Shown: positions 25,887 through 34,805 of the stretch, in pieces
Layout: every line of letters starts with the position of its first letter
Numbering within the stretch: position 1 is the stretch's first letter
NCBI GenBank assembly: GCA_035461245.1
Contig: DATHVP010000025.1
Location: forward strand, 79,714-143,713
Direction of reading: 5' to 3'
DNA length: 64,000 bases
DNA from: Longimicrobiales bacterium
GTDB lineage: Bacteria > Gemmatimonadota > Gemmatimonadetes > Longimicrobiales > RSA9
Program-made: the position numbers and the translations under genes
Notes under the pieces: generated by a model
Seen by the model: only the letters and a program-made list of their open reading frames with translations
Told to the model about the DNA's origin: nothing
Database searches by the model: none

Positions 25887-28802
25887 ATGGCAGCCGTTAT
25901 CCATTACCCCATGCCTGGATCCCCACTCCGCGACCGACCGTGGCACCGGCTGCTCCTCCTGCACCGGCTACCCCTCCTGCACCGGCTACCCCTCCTGCAC
26001 CGGCTGCCCCTCCTGTACCGGGCGCTGCTGCTGGCCCTGCCGCTCGCCCTCGCCCTGACGACCGCGCCGGCGGCTTCCGTACTGCATGCTCAGGCCGCGA
26101 CGCCGCCGTCGGCCCGGGCCACCGCTCAGCCGTCTACCCAGTCAGCCACTTCGCAACTGACGCCGCCGCCGGCGCCAGGATCGAGCATGCTGCGCGACGC
26201 AGCGACGTCCGGCACGCCGCCGGTCCTCGAGCACGATGGCGCCGCTGCCCTGGGCGTGGCCCTGCGCCGTCTGGCCACCACCAAGCGCGTCCTCATGATT
26301 GCCGCGCATCCGGACGACGAGAACACGGCGCTGCTGGCGGAACTCGCGCTGGGTGACGGCGCCGACGTCGCGTACCTGAGCCTGACGCGAGGCGAGGGCG
26401 GCCAGAACCTCATCGGCCCGGAGTTACAGGAAGGGCTCGGCCTGATCCGGACCGAGGAACTGCTGTCGGCGCGGCGGCTGGATGGCGCGCACCAGTTCTT
26501 CACCCGCGCCTTCGACTTCGGCTTCTCCCGTTCCGCGGAGGAAACGTTCCAGCACTGGCCCCGGGACTCGATCCTGGGCGACGTGGTGGAGGTCATCCGT
26601 CGCTATCGGCCGGACATCGTCGTCAGCGTGTTCAGCGGCACGCCGGCCGACGGCCACGGCCACCACCAGGCGGCGGGCATCCTGGCCCGGGAGGCGTTCG
26701 ACGCCGCGGCGGACCCGGCGCGGTACCCGGAGCACGCGGCCCGCGGCCTGCCGCCGCACCGGGCCCACTACCTCTACCAGTCGCACTGGCGGCCGCCGGC
26801 GGACCCGGAGTTCACTGTCGCCGCGGGCAACTATGACCCGCTGTTCGGCCGGTCCCGCTACCAGATCGCCATGCAGAGCCGCAGCCGGCACCGTTCCCAG
26901 GACATGGGCCAGGCGGAGACGGCGGGGCCGCAGAGCGTCGCGCTCTCGCTCCTTGCCGGTGATCACCCCGGCCGCAGGGCGGTGACTGAGACAGGGGACG
27001 GGCCTGCTGGCTCTGCCGGCCGGGCGCCTGGCAATGTCGGGCCATCCCTCTTCGCCGCCCTGGACACGACCCTGTCGCAACGGGCCCGGACCGCAGGCGC
27101 CAGCGCACCCATCCTCCGCCTGCTCGAGCTGTATGAGGCGGGCATCCACGAGGCCAGGGAGGCGTTCAACCCGCTGCGTCCCGCCGAGACAGGGCGGGCC
27201 CTCGTGTCCCTGCACCAGCACCTGCTCCGGGTGGCGGTGACGGCCGAGCTGCCTGCGCTGGAGTTCCACCTGGCCGAGGAAATTGTCCGGCTGGAACACG
27301 CGTACAGGCTGGCCGGCGGTTTCGTGCTCGACGCCGTGGCGGACACGCCTTTCCCGGTCCCGGGAGAGTCGTTCACGCTGACCATCTCGGCCTGGAACGG
27401 CAGTCCACGGATCTCTTCGACGCTTGATCGATTGAAGCCGCTGCTGCCCTCGGGCTGGAGTTACACCGCCCTCGAGGACGAGCCGGTCGGGCGCCGCCTC
27501 GCCCCCGGCGAACTGCTCCAGCGCCGCTTCCGGGTCCACGTGCCGGAGGATGCTGCGCCGTCGGAACCGTACTTCCTGCGGCAGCCGCGGCCGGGCTCCC
27601 TCTACGCGTGGGCCGTGGACGACACCCACCGCGCCGCGGCCTTCGAGCCCCGGGAGGTCCGTGCTGTCGCGCACATCGGCTTCGGCGCAGCGGTCCGGCC
27701 CACCTGGGACGCGGAGTTCGTCACCGTGGACAAGTCCTTCGGCGAATTGCGCCAGCCGCTGCTCGTCGTGCCGGCCGTGTCCGTGACGGCGGAGCCGGGC
27801 GTCGCGGTGATCCCGGCCCACGATGCGGCGCGTTCGCGCACCTACACCGTGACCGTCAGCTCCGCCGCCGGCACGCCTGTCCGCGGCACCGCCCACCTGG
27901 ACGCGCCCGCCGGCTGGCGTGTGGAGCCGGCGTCCGTGCCGCTGGTGCTGGAGAGCCGCGGCGCCAGCGCCACCGCCCTCTTCCAGGTGACGCCACCGGC
28001 CTCGGCCGGCGCGCCGCCGGCCAGCACCGTCGCCGAGCTGCGCGCCCGCTTCGAATCGGACCGGGGCACGTTCGACCGCGGCTATTCCGTCATTGACTAC
28101 CCGCACATCGAGCCGCGGGCTCTCTATCGTGATGCAACGGTGCGCGTGACCACGTTCCCTGTCCGCATCGCCGACAACCTGCGCGTCGGCTGGATCGAGG
28201 GCGCCGGCGACGACGCCGGCAATGCCCTGCGCCAGCTCGGCGCCACTGTCGAAACGCTGGACGCCGCCGCCCTGGCCAACGCCGACCTGTCACGGTACGA
28301 CGCCATCATCACTGGCATCCGTGCCTACGAGGTCCGCCCGGACCTCATCGCCCACAACGACCGGCTGCTGGCGTACGCCCGCGCCGGCGGCACGTTCGTC
28401 GTGCAGTACAACAAGTACGAACTGGTGGACGACGGCGGGTTCATGCCGTTCCCGGCTACCATGTCCCGCCCTCACGGCCGCATCACGCAGCCGGACGCTC
28501 CCGTCACGCTCCTCGACCCTGACCACCCGCTGCTGGCGGGGCCGAACCGCATCACCGCGGCGGATTTCGACGGCTGGGTCCAGGAGCGCGGCCTCTATTA
28601 CCTGGACACGTTCGACGACCGCTACACGCCGCTGCTGGCCATGCAGGATCCCGGTGAACCGGTCCAGCACGGCGCCCTCGTCGCCGCGCGCGTCGGCGAC
28701 GGCTGGTACGTCTACACCGGGCTGGCCCTGTTCCGGCAGCTCCCTGAAGGCGTGCCCGGCGCCTACCGCCTGCTGGCGAACCTCGTGTCGCTGGGCCGGT
28801 AG
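25887..28802 (+). CDS. PIG-L/LmbE-family deacetylase fused to a large C-terminal region with a class-I glutamine-amidotransferase-like segment (start uncertain)
   Basis: VLMIAAHPDDENTALLAELAL...YLSLTRGEGGQN is the LmbE/PIG-L motif. C-terminal RVGWIEGAGDDAGN...YDAIITGIRAYE...GGTFVVQY looks GATase1-like. First in-frame ATGs downstream of the repeat region are 25887 and 25911, and neither has a clear SD. Confidence 0.75.
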   Translation: MAAVIHYPMPGSPLRDRPWHRLLLLHRLPLLHRLPLLHRLPLLYRALLLALPLALALTTAPAASVLHAQAATPPSARATAQPSTQSATSQLTPPPAPGSSMLRDAATSGTPPVLEHDGAAALGVALRRLATTKRVLMIAAHPDDENTALLAELALGDGADVAYLSLTRGEGGQNLIGPELQEGLGLIRTEELLSARRLDGAHQFFTRAFDFGFSRSAEETFQHWPRDSILGDVVEVIRRYRPDIVVSVFSGTPADGHGHHQAAGILAREAFDAAADPARYPEHAARGLPPHRAHYLYQSHWRPPADPEFTVAAGNYDPLFGRSRYQIAMQSRSRHRSQDMGQAETAGPQSVALSLLAGDHPGRRAVTETGDGPAGSAGRAPGNVGPSLFAALDTTLSQRARTAGASAPILRLLELYEAGIHEAREAFNPLRPAETGRALVSLHQHLLRVAVTAELPALEFHLAEEIVRLEHAYRLAGGFVLDAVADTPFPVPGESFTLTISAWNGSPRISSTLDRLKPLLPSGWSYTALEDEPVGRRLAPGELLQRRFRVHVPEDAAPSEPYFLRQPRPGSLYAWAVDDTHRAAAFEPREVRAVAHIGFGAAVRPTWDAEFVTVDKSFGELRQPLLVVPAVSVTAEPGVAVIPAHDAARSRTYTVTVSSAAGTPVRGTAHLDAPAGWRVEPASVPLVLESRGASATALFQVTPPASAGAPPASTVAELRARFESDRGTFDRGYSVIDYPHIEPRALYRDATVRVTTFPVRIADNLRVGWIEGAGDDAGNALRQLGATVETLDAAALANADLSRYDAIITGIRAYEVRPDLIAHNDRLLAYARAGGTFVVQYNKYELVDDGGFMPFPATMSRPHGRITQPDAPVTLLDPDHPLLAGPNRITAADFDGWVQERGLYYLDTFDDRYTPLLAMQDPGEPVQHGALVAARVGDGWYVYTGLALFRQLPEGVPGAYRLLANLVSLGR
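25944..26033 (+). repeat. In-frame 18-bp tandem repeat (4 copies plus 1 degenerate) encoding HRL(L/P)LL units
   Basis: caccggctgctcctcctg, then caccggctacccctcctg x2, caccggctgcccctcctg and taccgggcgctgctgctg. Lies in the N-terminal/signal region of the PIG-L ORF. Confidence 0.9.
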
Positions 28803-28892
28803 CGCGACTCATCACGGCGCGTCCGCGCTGGCTCACGCCGCACGCGGGCGCGCCAGGTGCCGCGCGCGACTCGCACGGTGCCGCGGCGCGAC

Positions 28893-28907
28893 TGGCACGC
28901 GTCGCGC
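28893..28907 (+). promoter_or_regulatory. Sigma-54-like -24/-12 element (TGGCACG-N4-GCGC), weak -12
   Basis: TGGCAC at 28893-28898 and GC at 28906-28907 (GG-N10-GC spacing is correct), but TT of TTGC is replaced by GC. About 120 nt upstream of the M28 start codon. Confidence 0.25.
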
Positions 28908-29028
28908 TCGCCACAGCGCACCGTCAACGCTTGCCCGCCCGTCCGCTTCCTGCGATTCTCTCAGGATCCAGCCGGGCGCTGGCGGTGTCGGGCGCCCACG
29001 TCGTCCATCGTCACACGAGGTAATCGTC

Positions 29029-30633
29029 ATGCGACGTCGCATCCTCACCTGCGCGGCGGGCCTTGCCCTCCTGGCAGGCGCCGCCCCCACGGCCGGCCAG
29101 ACCTGGGCCGTGCAGGACCCGGTCATGCAGCAGATCTGGCAGCACGGCATGGAAGAGTCCCAGGCCATGCGCATTGCCCAGGTACTTACGGACTCCATCG
29201 GCCCGCGCCTCACCGGCACGCCCAATTTCGACGCCGGCGTGAACTGGGCTGTCTCCCTGCTCGGCAGCTGGGGCGTGGACGCCCGCCGGGAGCAGTACGG
29301 CACCTGGAACGGCTGGCGGCGCGGCATCACGCACGTGGACCTGATCCAGCCCCGCGTCCGCTCGCTGGAAGGCATGATGCTGGCCTGGAGCCCCGGCACC
29401 GGCGGCCGCCCCGTGGAGGCGCAGGTCGTGGCCGTGCCCGGGTTCGACTCCGCCGAGGCGTTCGAGGCCTGGCTGCCGTCGGTCCGCGGCCGCGTTGTGG
29501 CCATGGACTTCCCGCAGCCCACCTGCCGGCCCGTCTCCCACTACGAGCAGTTCGGCCAGACTTACGCCGGCGGCGGTGGCTTCGGCGGCGGGGGCCAGGC
29601 ACAGCAGGGCCCGCGCAATGCGGCGGAGCGACTGGTCATGGAGCGGCGTGAGGCGCAGCAGCGCTTCAATGCCAACAAGCCCAACAGCAACGCCATGCGG
29701 CTGCGCCTGGAAGAGGCCGGCGCCGTGGCCATCCTCCAGTCCAACTGGTCCAATGACCTGGGCGTGAACAAGGTCTTCAGCACCAACACCCAGCGCACGC
29801 CCACCGTGGACCTGAGCTGCGAGGATTACGGCCTGGTCTACCGCCTGGCGGCGAACAACCAGGGCCCGGTGGTCCGCATCGTCGCCGAGGCGGAGGATCG
29901 CGGTGAAGTCCCGGCACACAATGTCGTCGGCATGGTGCGTGGCAGTGAGCTGCCCAACGAGTACGTCATCCTGTCCGCCCACTTCGACTCGTGGGACGGC
30001 GGCTCCGGCGCCACCGACAACGGCACCGGCACGACGACGATGCTCGAGGCCATGCGCATCCTGCGACAGGTCTACCCGAACCCGAAGCGCACCATCCTCA
30101 TCGCCCTGTGGGGCGGCGAGGAGCACGGCCTGCACGGGTCCCGGCGCTTTGTCGCCATGCACCCGGACATCGTGGAGAACACGCAGGCCCTGTTCAACCA
30201 GGACAACGGCACGGGCCGCGTCTCCACCATCTCGTTCCAGGGCTTCACCGGCGTCGCGCCGGCGTTCGGCGACTGGATGGGCCGCATCCCCCAGCAGATC
30301 ACGAATCACATAAGCTTCCAGAACCCGGGCTTCCCGGGCTCCGGCGGTACGGACCACGTAGCCTTCGTCTGCGCTGGCGCTCCGGCATTCAACCTGAGCT
30401 CCAACTCCTGGAACTACAGCACGGTGACATGGCACACCAACCGTGACACGTTCGACAAGATCGTGGAAGAGGAGGTCCGCAACAACGCGACGCTGACGGC
30501 CATGCTCGTCTACCTCGCCTCCGAGCACCCGGAACGGCTGTCCCGGGACCGGCGCGACATGGGCGGCAACCTGAGCTGGCCGCAGTGCCAGCCGGGGGCA
30601 ACGCAGTCGCCACGGGCGGCAGCGGGACGGTAG
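29029..30633 (+). CDS. M28-family aminopeptidase/metallopeptidase with PA-like insert
   Basis: HNVVGMVRGSELPNEYVILSAHFDSWDGGSGATDNGTGTTTMLEAMRIL, LWGGEEHGLHGS and GGTDHVAF (M28 zinc ligands). Signal peptide present. GAGG SD before ATG 29029. The upstream 269 codons of the tracked ORF overlap the PIG-L gene and were dropped. Confidence 0.85.
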   Translation: MRRRILTCAAGLALLAGAAPTAGQTWAVQDPVMQQIWQHGMEESQAMRIAQVLTDSIGPRLTGTPNFDAGVNWAVSLLGSWGVDARREQYGTWNGWRRGITHVDLIQPRVRSLEGMMLAWSPGTGGRPVEAQVVAVPGFDSAEAFEAWLPSVRGRVVAMDFPQPTCRPVSHYEQFGQTYAGGGGFGGGGQAQQGPRNAAERLVMERREAQQRFNANKPNSNAMRLRLEEAGAVAILQSNWSNDLGVNKVFSTNTQRTPTVDLSCEDYGLVYRLAANNQGPVVRIVAEAEDRGEVPAHNVVGMVRGSELPNEYVILSAHFDSWDGGSGATDNGTGTTTMLEAMRILRQVYPNPKRTILIALWGGEEHGLHGSRRFVAMHPDIVENTQALFNQDNGTGRVSTISFQGFTGVAPAFGDWMGRIPQQITNHISFQNPGFPGSGGTDHVAFVCAGAPAFNLSSNSWNYSTVTWHTNRDTFDKIVEEEVRNNATLTAMLVYLASEHPERLSRDRRDMGGNLSWPQCQPGATQSPRAAAGR

Positions 30634-30656
30634 CAGCAGTCCTGCCGGGCACCATG

Positions 30657-30690
30657 GGAAGGTCGGCCGCACTCCGGCGGCCGCCCTTCC
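30657..30690 (+). terminator. Intrinsic-terminator-like hairpin after the M28 gene
   Basis: GGAAGGTCGGCCGC pairs with GCGGCCGCCCTTCC (14-bp stem, 1 mismatch) with a 6-nt loop. It starts 24 nt after the stop codon. Confidence 0.5.
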
Positions 30691-30779
30691 TGCGTTCACG
30701 GCCGGGCAGGCGAGCCGGTGGTGTCGGGAAGTCCCGCCCCGCTATCCGAATGCCCCGCGCCGGTGGTTAGCGTGGGGCC

Positions 30780-31799
30780 ATGAACGAGACAGCGAGTCCC
30801 ATCCTGGGCAGCAGCCGTGCGGCGGTGGAGACACGGGAGTTTGCGGCACAGGCGGCGGCCGTGGACGTGCCGGTCCTCATCACGGGGGAGACGGGCACGG
30901 GCAAGGGCGTACTGGCGGCGGCCATTCACCACGGTTCCCGCCGGACGAAGCGGCCCCTGGTGGAGGTCAACTGCGCGGGCGTGCCGGACACCCTGTTCGA
31001 GGCGGAGTTTTTTGGCCATGCCCGGGGTGCTTTCACGGGTGCGCACCACGCCCGGCGCGGCCTGTTCGAGCAGGCCAGTGGCGGCACGCTGTTCCTGGAC
31101 GAGATCGGCGAGCTCGGGCTGCCGCTGCAGGCAAAGCTGCTGACCAGCATCGAGCGCGGCCAGATCCGGCGGCTCGGCGCGGAAGCGACAGTGGCGGTGG
31201 ACAGCCGGATCATCGCCGCCACCGGTGTGGACCTGGAGGCGGCCGTGGCGGCTGGCAGCTTCCGCCTGGACCTGTACCATCGGCTGCTGGTGCTGTCATT
31301 TCACCTGTCGCCGCTCCGGGATCGGGGCGCCGACATACGGCTGCTGGCGCGACATTTCATCTGCACCAGCGCCGCGCGCCATGGGCGCCGTACTGGTGAC
31401 CTTGCCCCTGCAACACTGCGCATCATCGAGAACCATCCGTGGCCCGGTAACATCCGGCAACTCGCCCACGCCATGGAGGCCGCCGTGCTGAACTGCCACG
31501 GCGGCACCATCCTGCCCCGGGACCTGCCCGCACGGCTCATGGACGCGACCAGGTCTGCAGCCGGCCCATTGCACAGCTCTGATTCCGGCGCGGGCAGGGG
31601 CCGACCGGCATCCCGGCGGCCTGGCGCTCGCTACTCCTTCTACGGCCCGCCGGCCGAGGAGCGCCAGCATATCGAGGCGGAGTTGCGCGCGTGTCACGGC
31701 AACCTCACCCGCACCGCGCGGGCACTGGGCATGTCCCGCAACACCCTCCGCGCGCGCATGGCAGCCCTGGGCATCCGCCTGCCGGCGTCCGCCCGCTGA
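30780..31799 (+). CDS. Sigma-54-dependent transcriptional activator (bEBP) consisting only of AAA+ and HTH domains
   Basis: Walker A GETGTGKG at residue ~36, GAFTGA loop, Walker B LFLDEIGEL, WPGNIRQL, and C-terminal Fis-type HTH GNLTRTARALGMSRNTLRARM. Only about 25 residues precede the AAA+ core, and a stop codon closes the frame upstream. Confidence 0.85.
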   Translation: MNETASPILGSSRAAVETREFAAQAAAVDVPVLITGETGTGKGVLAAAIHHGSRRTKRPLVEVNCAGVPDTLFEAEFFGHARGAFTGAHHARRGLFEQASGGTLFLDEIGELGLPLQAKLLTSIERGQIRRLGAEATVAVDSRIIAATGVDLEAAVAAGSFRLDLYHRLLVLSFHLSPLRDRGADIRLLARHFICTSAARHGRRTGDLAPATLRIIENHPWPGNIRQLAHAMEAAVLNCHGGTILPRDLPARLMDATRSAAGPLHSSDSGAGRGRPASRRPGARYSFYGPPAEERQHIEAELRACHGNLTRTARALGMSRNTLRARMAALGIRLPASAR

Positions 31800-31901
31800 C
31801 GGATCCGCTCGGCACCGCGCGGACTGCCTGCCGTTGCCGCCACGGCCCACGCGCCTTCTATTACGGCGGCGGCAACACCGGTCCCACAGAATGGAGCAGG
31901 C

Positions 31902-32570
31902 ATGAAGTTGCGCAGGTGCTGGACGGCCGCGATGGCGGCCCTGATGGCGGGCTCGGCCGGCGCGGCGATGCCAGCGGCGGGACAGGAGACGGGCATCAAG
32001 GGCGGCGTCTCCATCTCCCGGCTGCAGACGGACGGGGCCGAATACTGGGACGATAATCTGGTCACCTCGACGTTCGGCGGCCACGCCCGGTTCCGCCTCG
32101 GCCCGCTGGTGCTGCAACCCGAGCTGCTGGTGGTGACGAAGGGCGCATCGGCGTCGCAGCCGTTCCCCGCCGACCTGGAAGATGACCAGATCCGGATGGA
32201 GTACATCGAGGTACCACTGATGATCGTGGTGCCGGTGTCCATCGGGATGGTGGAGCCGTACGTGATGGGTGGCCCGGCCCTCATGCTGGAGAGCCGCTGC
32301 CGTTCGTACGTCCGGCAGGATGGTCTGCGTACGAACCTGCCGTGCGACCCGCCGCAGGGCCAGCTGTTTCGCAGGACCGCGTTCGACTACGGCGTCGCGG
32401 CCGCCGGCGGCGTCGCGTATCCCGTCTTCGGGGGCAGGGCCTTCGTCGAGGGGCGGCACACATGGGGACTGCGCAACATACACAAGGGGCCCGGCGACGC
32501 TGACGTGCGCAACCGGACCCTCTCGTTCCTCGTCGGCTTTGCCATGGGCTGGGACCCGGCTCCGCAGTAG
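31902..32570 (+). CDS. Small outer-membrane beta-barrel protein (porin-family/OmpW-PorT-like), paralogue of 52781-53413
   Basis: Signal peptide ending AAGQ. GIKGGVSISRL..., then LVLQPELLVVTKG and EYIEVPLMIVVPV strand motifs shared with the 52781 gene. Confidence 0.7.
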   Translation: MKLRRCWTAAMAALMAGSAGAAMPAAGQETGIKGGVSISRLQTDGAEYWDDNLVTSTFGGHARFRLGPLVLQPELLVVTKGASASQPFPADLEDDQIRMEYIEVPLMIVVPVSIGMVEPYVMGGPALMLESRCRSYVRQDGLRTNLPCDPPQGQLFRRTAFDYGVAAAGGVAYPVFGGRAFVEGRHTWGLRNIHKGPGDADVRNRTLSFLVGFAMGWDPAPQ

Positions 32571-32594
32571 CGGCGCATCACCCAGCGATCACAA

Positions 32595-33875
32595 TCACAG
32601 CGCGGCGTCCTCCGGGGCGCCGTCGTCATTTGTACCACCGCCGCCACCGCCACCGTTGTTCCGCGGCACTGCAGTCCTGCCGGTGCTGGTGCTGTTGCCG
32701 GTGCTGCCCGACGTGGACGATGCGCCGGCGGATGACCCGCTGGCCGGCTGGCGGGTCTGCGCGCCGCGCCCGCTGGACGTGGCGCTGCTGCCCGGTGTGT
32801 AGCCCTGGCCGCGGATCATCTGGCCGCCCCGTCGCTCTTCCCGCTCCGGCTCCACGATGACGACGATGGGGCCCTGACCGTAACGCCAGCCGTAGGCGTC
32901 ATAGCCCCAGGGCGAATAGCCGAACCGGCCGTAGCTCGAGCCATAGCCGTACATCGCCCGTCGCTCACACTCCAGGCGGCTCAGGCGACGGAACGTGTAG
33001 GGGTCCCGGCAGTCGTCGTACATGCCGGTGCGCAGCCCTGCCGGCGCTGCCTGCCCCTGGCTGCGCGGCCCCTCCTGCACCGCGAACCGCTGCGGGTGCG
33101 ATACGGCGATCATCACGTCCAGCACCGACGCCGGCACGCCCTGTCGCTCCAGCGCCAGCAGCGCCCGGGCATCCAGGCCGAAGCCGTGCTGCCGAAGTGC
33201 GATGAGTGCCTCCACCACCGGTGCGGCCACCATTGTCGTCGCCTCGACGACGTCATCCGTACCCATGGGCGCTGCCGCGTTCAGCCGGGCCGCTTCCGTG
33301 GCGAGGCTCCGGTCGGCTGGCAGCATGCCGGCCACTGCGTCCGGCACCTGCTCCGGCCGGACGGCGCGATAACGCACCGAGCGGGTCAGGTGCTGGCCGG
33401 CAATCTCCACGGCCTGCACGTCCACCCACTCGTTCTCGGCGATGAGGGACAGGACACCGGAGGACTTGCGGCGCACGCCGTCGCAATCGAGTTCGGTGCG
33501 GACGTACACGCGGCGTCCGTCCCGGGACCACGTTGCCGTCTCCGTGCCGGTGCAGCCGCCGTCCTCCACTGCCCGGGCCGTGCCGTCGGCTGTGAACACG
33601 GACTCGTCCACCACGGCGCCGTCCTCCACCGAGAGCATGCGGACGGTGGCCGGATTTTCTCCCGGCGCCACACAGACCAGGGCGTTCAGCGGCGCGTCGT
33701 CGCCCAGCGGCCGCCAGCAGCCGAGCCACGGCGTCCAGCCGCTGTTCTCCTGCGAGGCGGCCGTGGCCTCAGCGACGGCGGCGCTGCCGGGCGCCGTGCC
33801 CTCCGCCGTGCCTGCCGTGGGCAGAGCCAGCAGCGCCAGCAGCGCTGCGGCCGGGGTCATGCTGCGAGCCTTCAT
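32595..33875 (-). CDS. Secreted hypothetical protein with Cys-containing N-terminal domain and Gly/Ser-rich tail
   Basis: AAGGAGG SD before ATG 33875. Signal peptide MKARSMTPAAALLALLALPTAGTA. Conserved-looking Cys pairs. C-terminal low-complexity segment SSATSSGRG...STSGSTGNSTSTG...GGGGGGG. No family recognised. Confidence 0.6.
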   Translation of the reverse strand: MKARSMTPAAALLALLALPTAGTAEGTAPGSAAVAEATAASQENSGWTPWLGCWRPLGDDAPLNALVCVAPGENPATVRMLSVEDGAVVDESVFTADGTARAVEDGGCTGTETATWSRDGRRVYVRTELDCDGVRRKSSGVLSLIAENEWVDVQAVEIAGQHLTRSVRYRAVRPEQVPDAVAGMLPADRSLATEAARLNAAAPMGTDDVVEATTMVAAPVVEALIALRQHGFGLDARALLALERQGVPASVLDVMIAVSHPQRFAVQEGPRSQGQAAPAGLRTGMYDDCRDPYTFRRLSRLECERRAMYGYGSSYGRFGYSPWGYDAYGWRYGQGPIVVIVEPEREERRGGQMIRGQGYTPGSSATSSGRGAQTRQPASGSSAGASSTSGSTGNSTSTGRTAVPRNNGGGGGGGTNDDGAPEDAAL

Positions 33876-33893
33876 CCGTGCCTCCTTACTCAG

Positions 33894-34628
33894 TCACCAG
33901 CGCCAGGAGACGCCAATGAACGCCTGCGTACCGCTGAGGTCCATGCTCTCAAACCGGCTGTAGCTGCCCTGCACCGGCGCCGAGCCGCGAGTGTGCCGCG
34001 CCTCCACGTTCAACCCGATGCGCGGCGTGACCCACCAGTCGCCGCCCGCCACTGCGTGGACGGTGAAATTGTGGGCCGTGGATTCGTACTCCTCAAGGAA
34101 GATATCATAGGTCTGCCTGTCAACGAACTCCCCCTCCTGCCGGAGGCGGTACCACGTCATGCCCACGCCGCCGCCGATGTACGGCGTGACCCGGGCGGGC
34201 AGCCAGGCCAGGTTGCTCATGGTGCGGCCCCGATCCAGTGGCAGGTAGCGGGCAGTGGCCGTCACCGGCGCAATCCGCAGCCTTGTCCTCTGCTCGATGG
34301 GCAGCCCGTCATCGCCCTCGAAGTCCCGGTACTCGGACCTGCTCGAGGACTCGGCCCACCCCACGCCCAGGGCCAGGTCGAAGTTCGTGCCCAGCAGCAG
34401 GGCCAGTTCCGCGCCCAGCATAGGCGCCCGGAAATCGCTCCGCTCGAGGGTCAACTCCGTGGTGATCTCGTCGAACAGGTCGCTGCGCGCCTGCGGCAGT
34501 GACGGCCCGGCGCGCACCGTCAGCTGCGCCTCCGGCCGTGAGAAGAGGAACCCGTCCTGCGCGTGCAGCAGCGCGGGCGCGCCGGCCAGCGCAACGGCGG
34601 CCGCCACACATGTCCTGAATCTGCCCAT
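33894..34628 (-). CDS. Outer-membrane beta-barrel protein (about 244 aa), family unassigned
   Basis: Signal peptide MGRFRTCVAAAVALAGAPALLHAQ, alternating amphipathic strands, and a C-terminal aromatic end (FIGVSWRW). The next gene starts 18 bp downstream. Confidence 0.65.
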   Translation of the reverse strand: MGRFRTCVAAAVALAGAPALLHAQDGFLFSRPEAQLTVRAGPSLPQARSDLFDEITTELTLERSDFRAPMLGAELALLLGTNFDLALGVGWAESSSRSEYRDFEGDDGLPIEQRTRLRIAPVTATARYLPLDRGRTMSNLAWLPARVTPYIGGGVGMTWYRLRQEGEFVDRQTYDIFLEEYESTAHNFTVHAVAGGDWWVTPRIGLNVEARHTRGSAPVQGSYSRFESMDLSGTQAFIGVSWRW

Positions 34629-34669
34629 GAGGCCTCCCGGGCATCTGGATGTCTGTGAGAAGGTACGAC

Positions 34670-34684
34670 GCAAGGCGTGCACCG
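34670..34684 (-). promoter_or_regulatory. Weak sigma-54-like element (CGGTGCACGCCTTGC on minus strand)
   Basis: GG-N10-GC spacing and a TTGC -12 box are present, but the -24 box is GGTGCA rather than GGCACG. About 40 nt upstream of ATG 34628. Confidence 0.15.
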
Positions 34685-34805
34685 GCACCGTCGCCGACTA
34701 CTCCCGCCTGAGTACTACGGCGCCCGGGCCGGCAGGTTCCGTCCGGGGCCGGCGGGCACCGCGTACACCTTCGCTGACCGCGCTTCGGCGACGTCGGGCC
34801 CGCCC

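Noticed and set aside
28222-29028. Long N-terminal extensions of tracked ORFs: 28222 for the M28 peptidase, 54069 for msrQ, 146 for trkA, 10202 for the dehydrogenase, 14470 and 13839-14834 for the OMP and PPIase, 53482 for msrP, and 25689 for PIG-L.
   Set aside because: The extensions overlap the preceding gene or repeat DNA and translate to Arg/Pro-rich nonsense. Internal ATGs coincide with signal peptides or domain starts and usually with GGAGG-like SD sequences.
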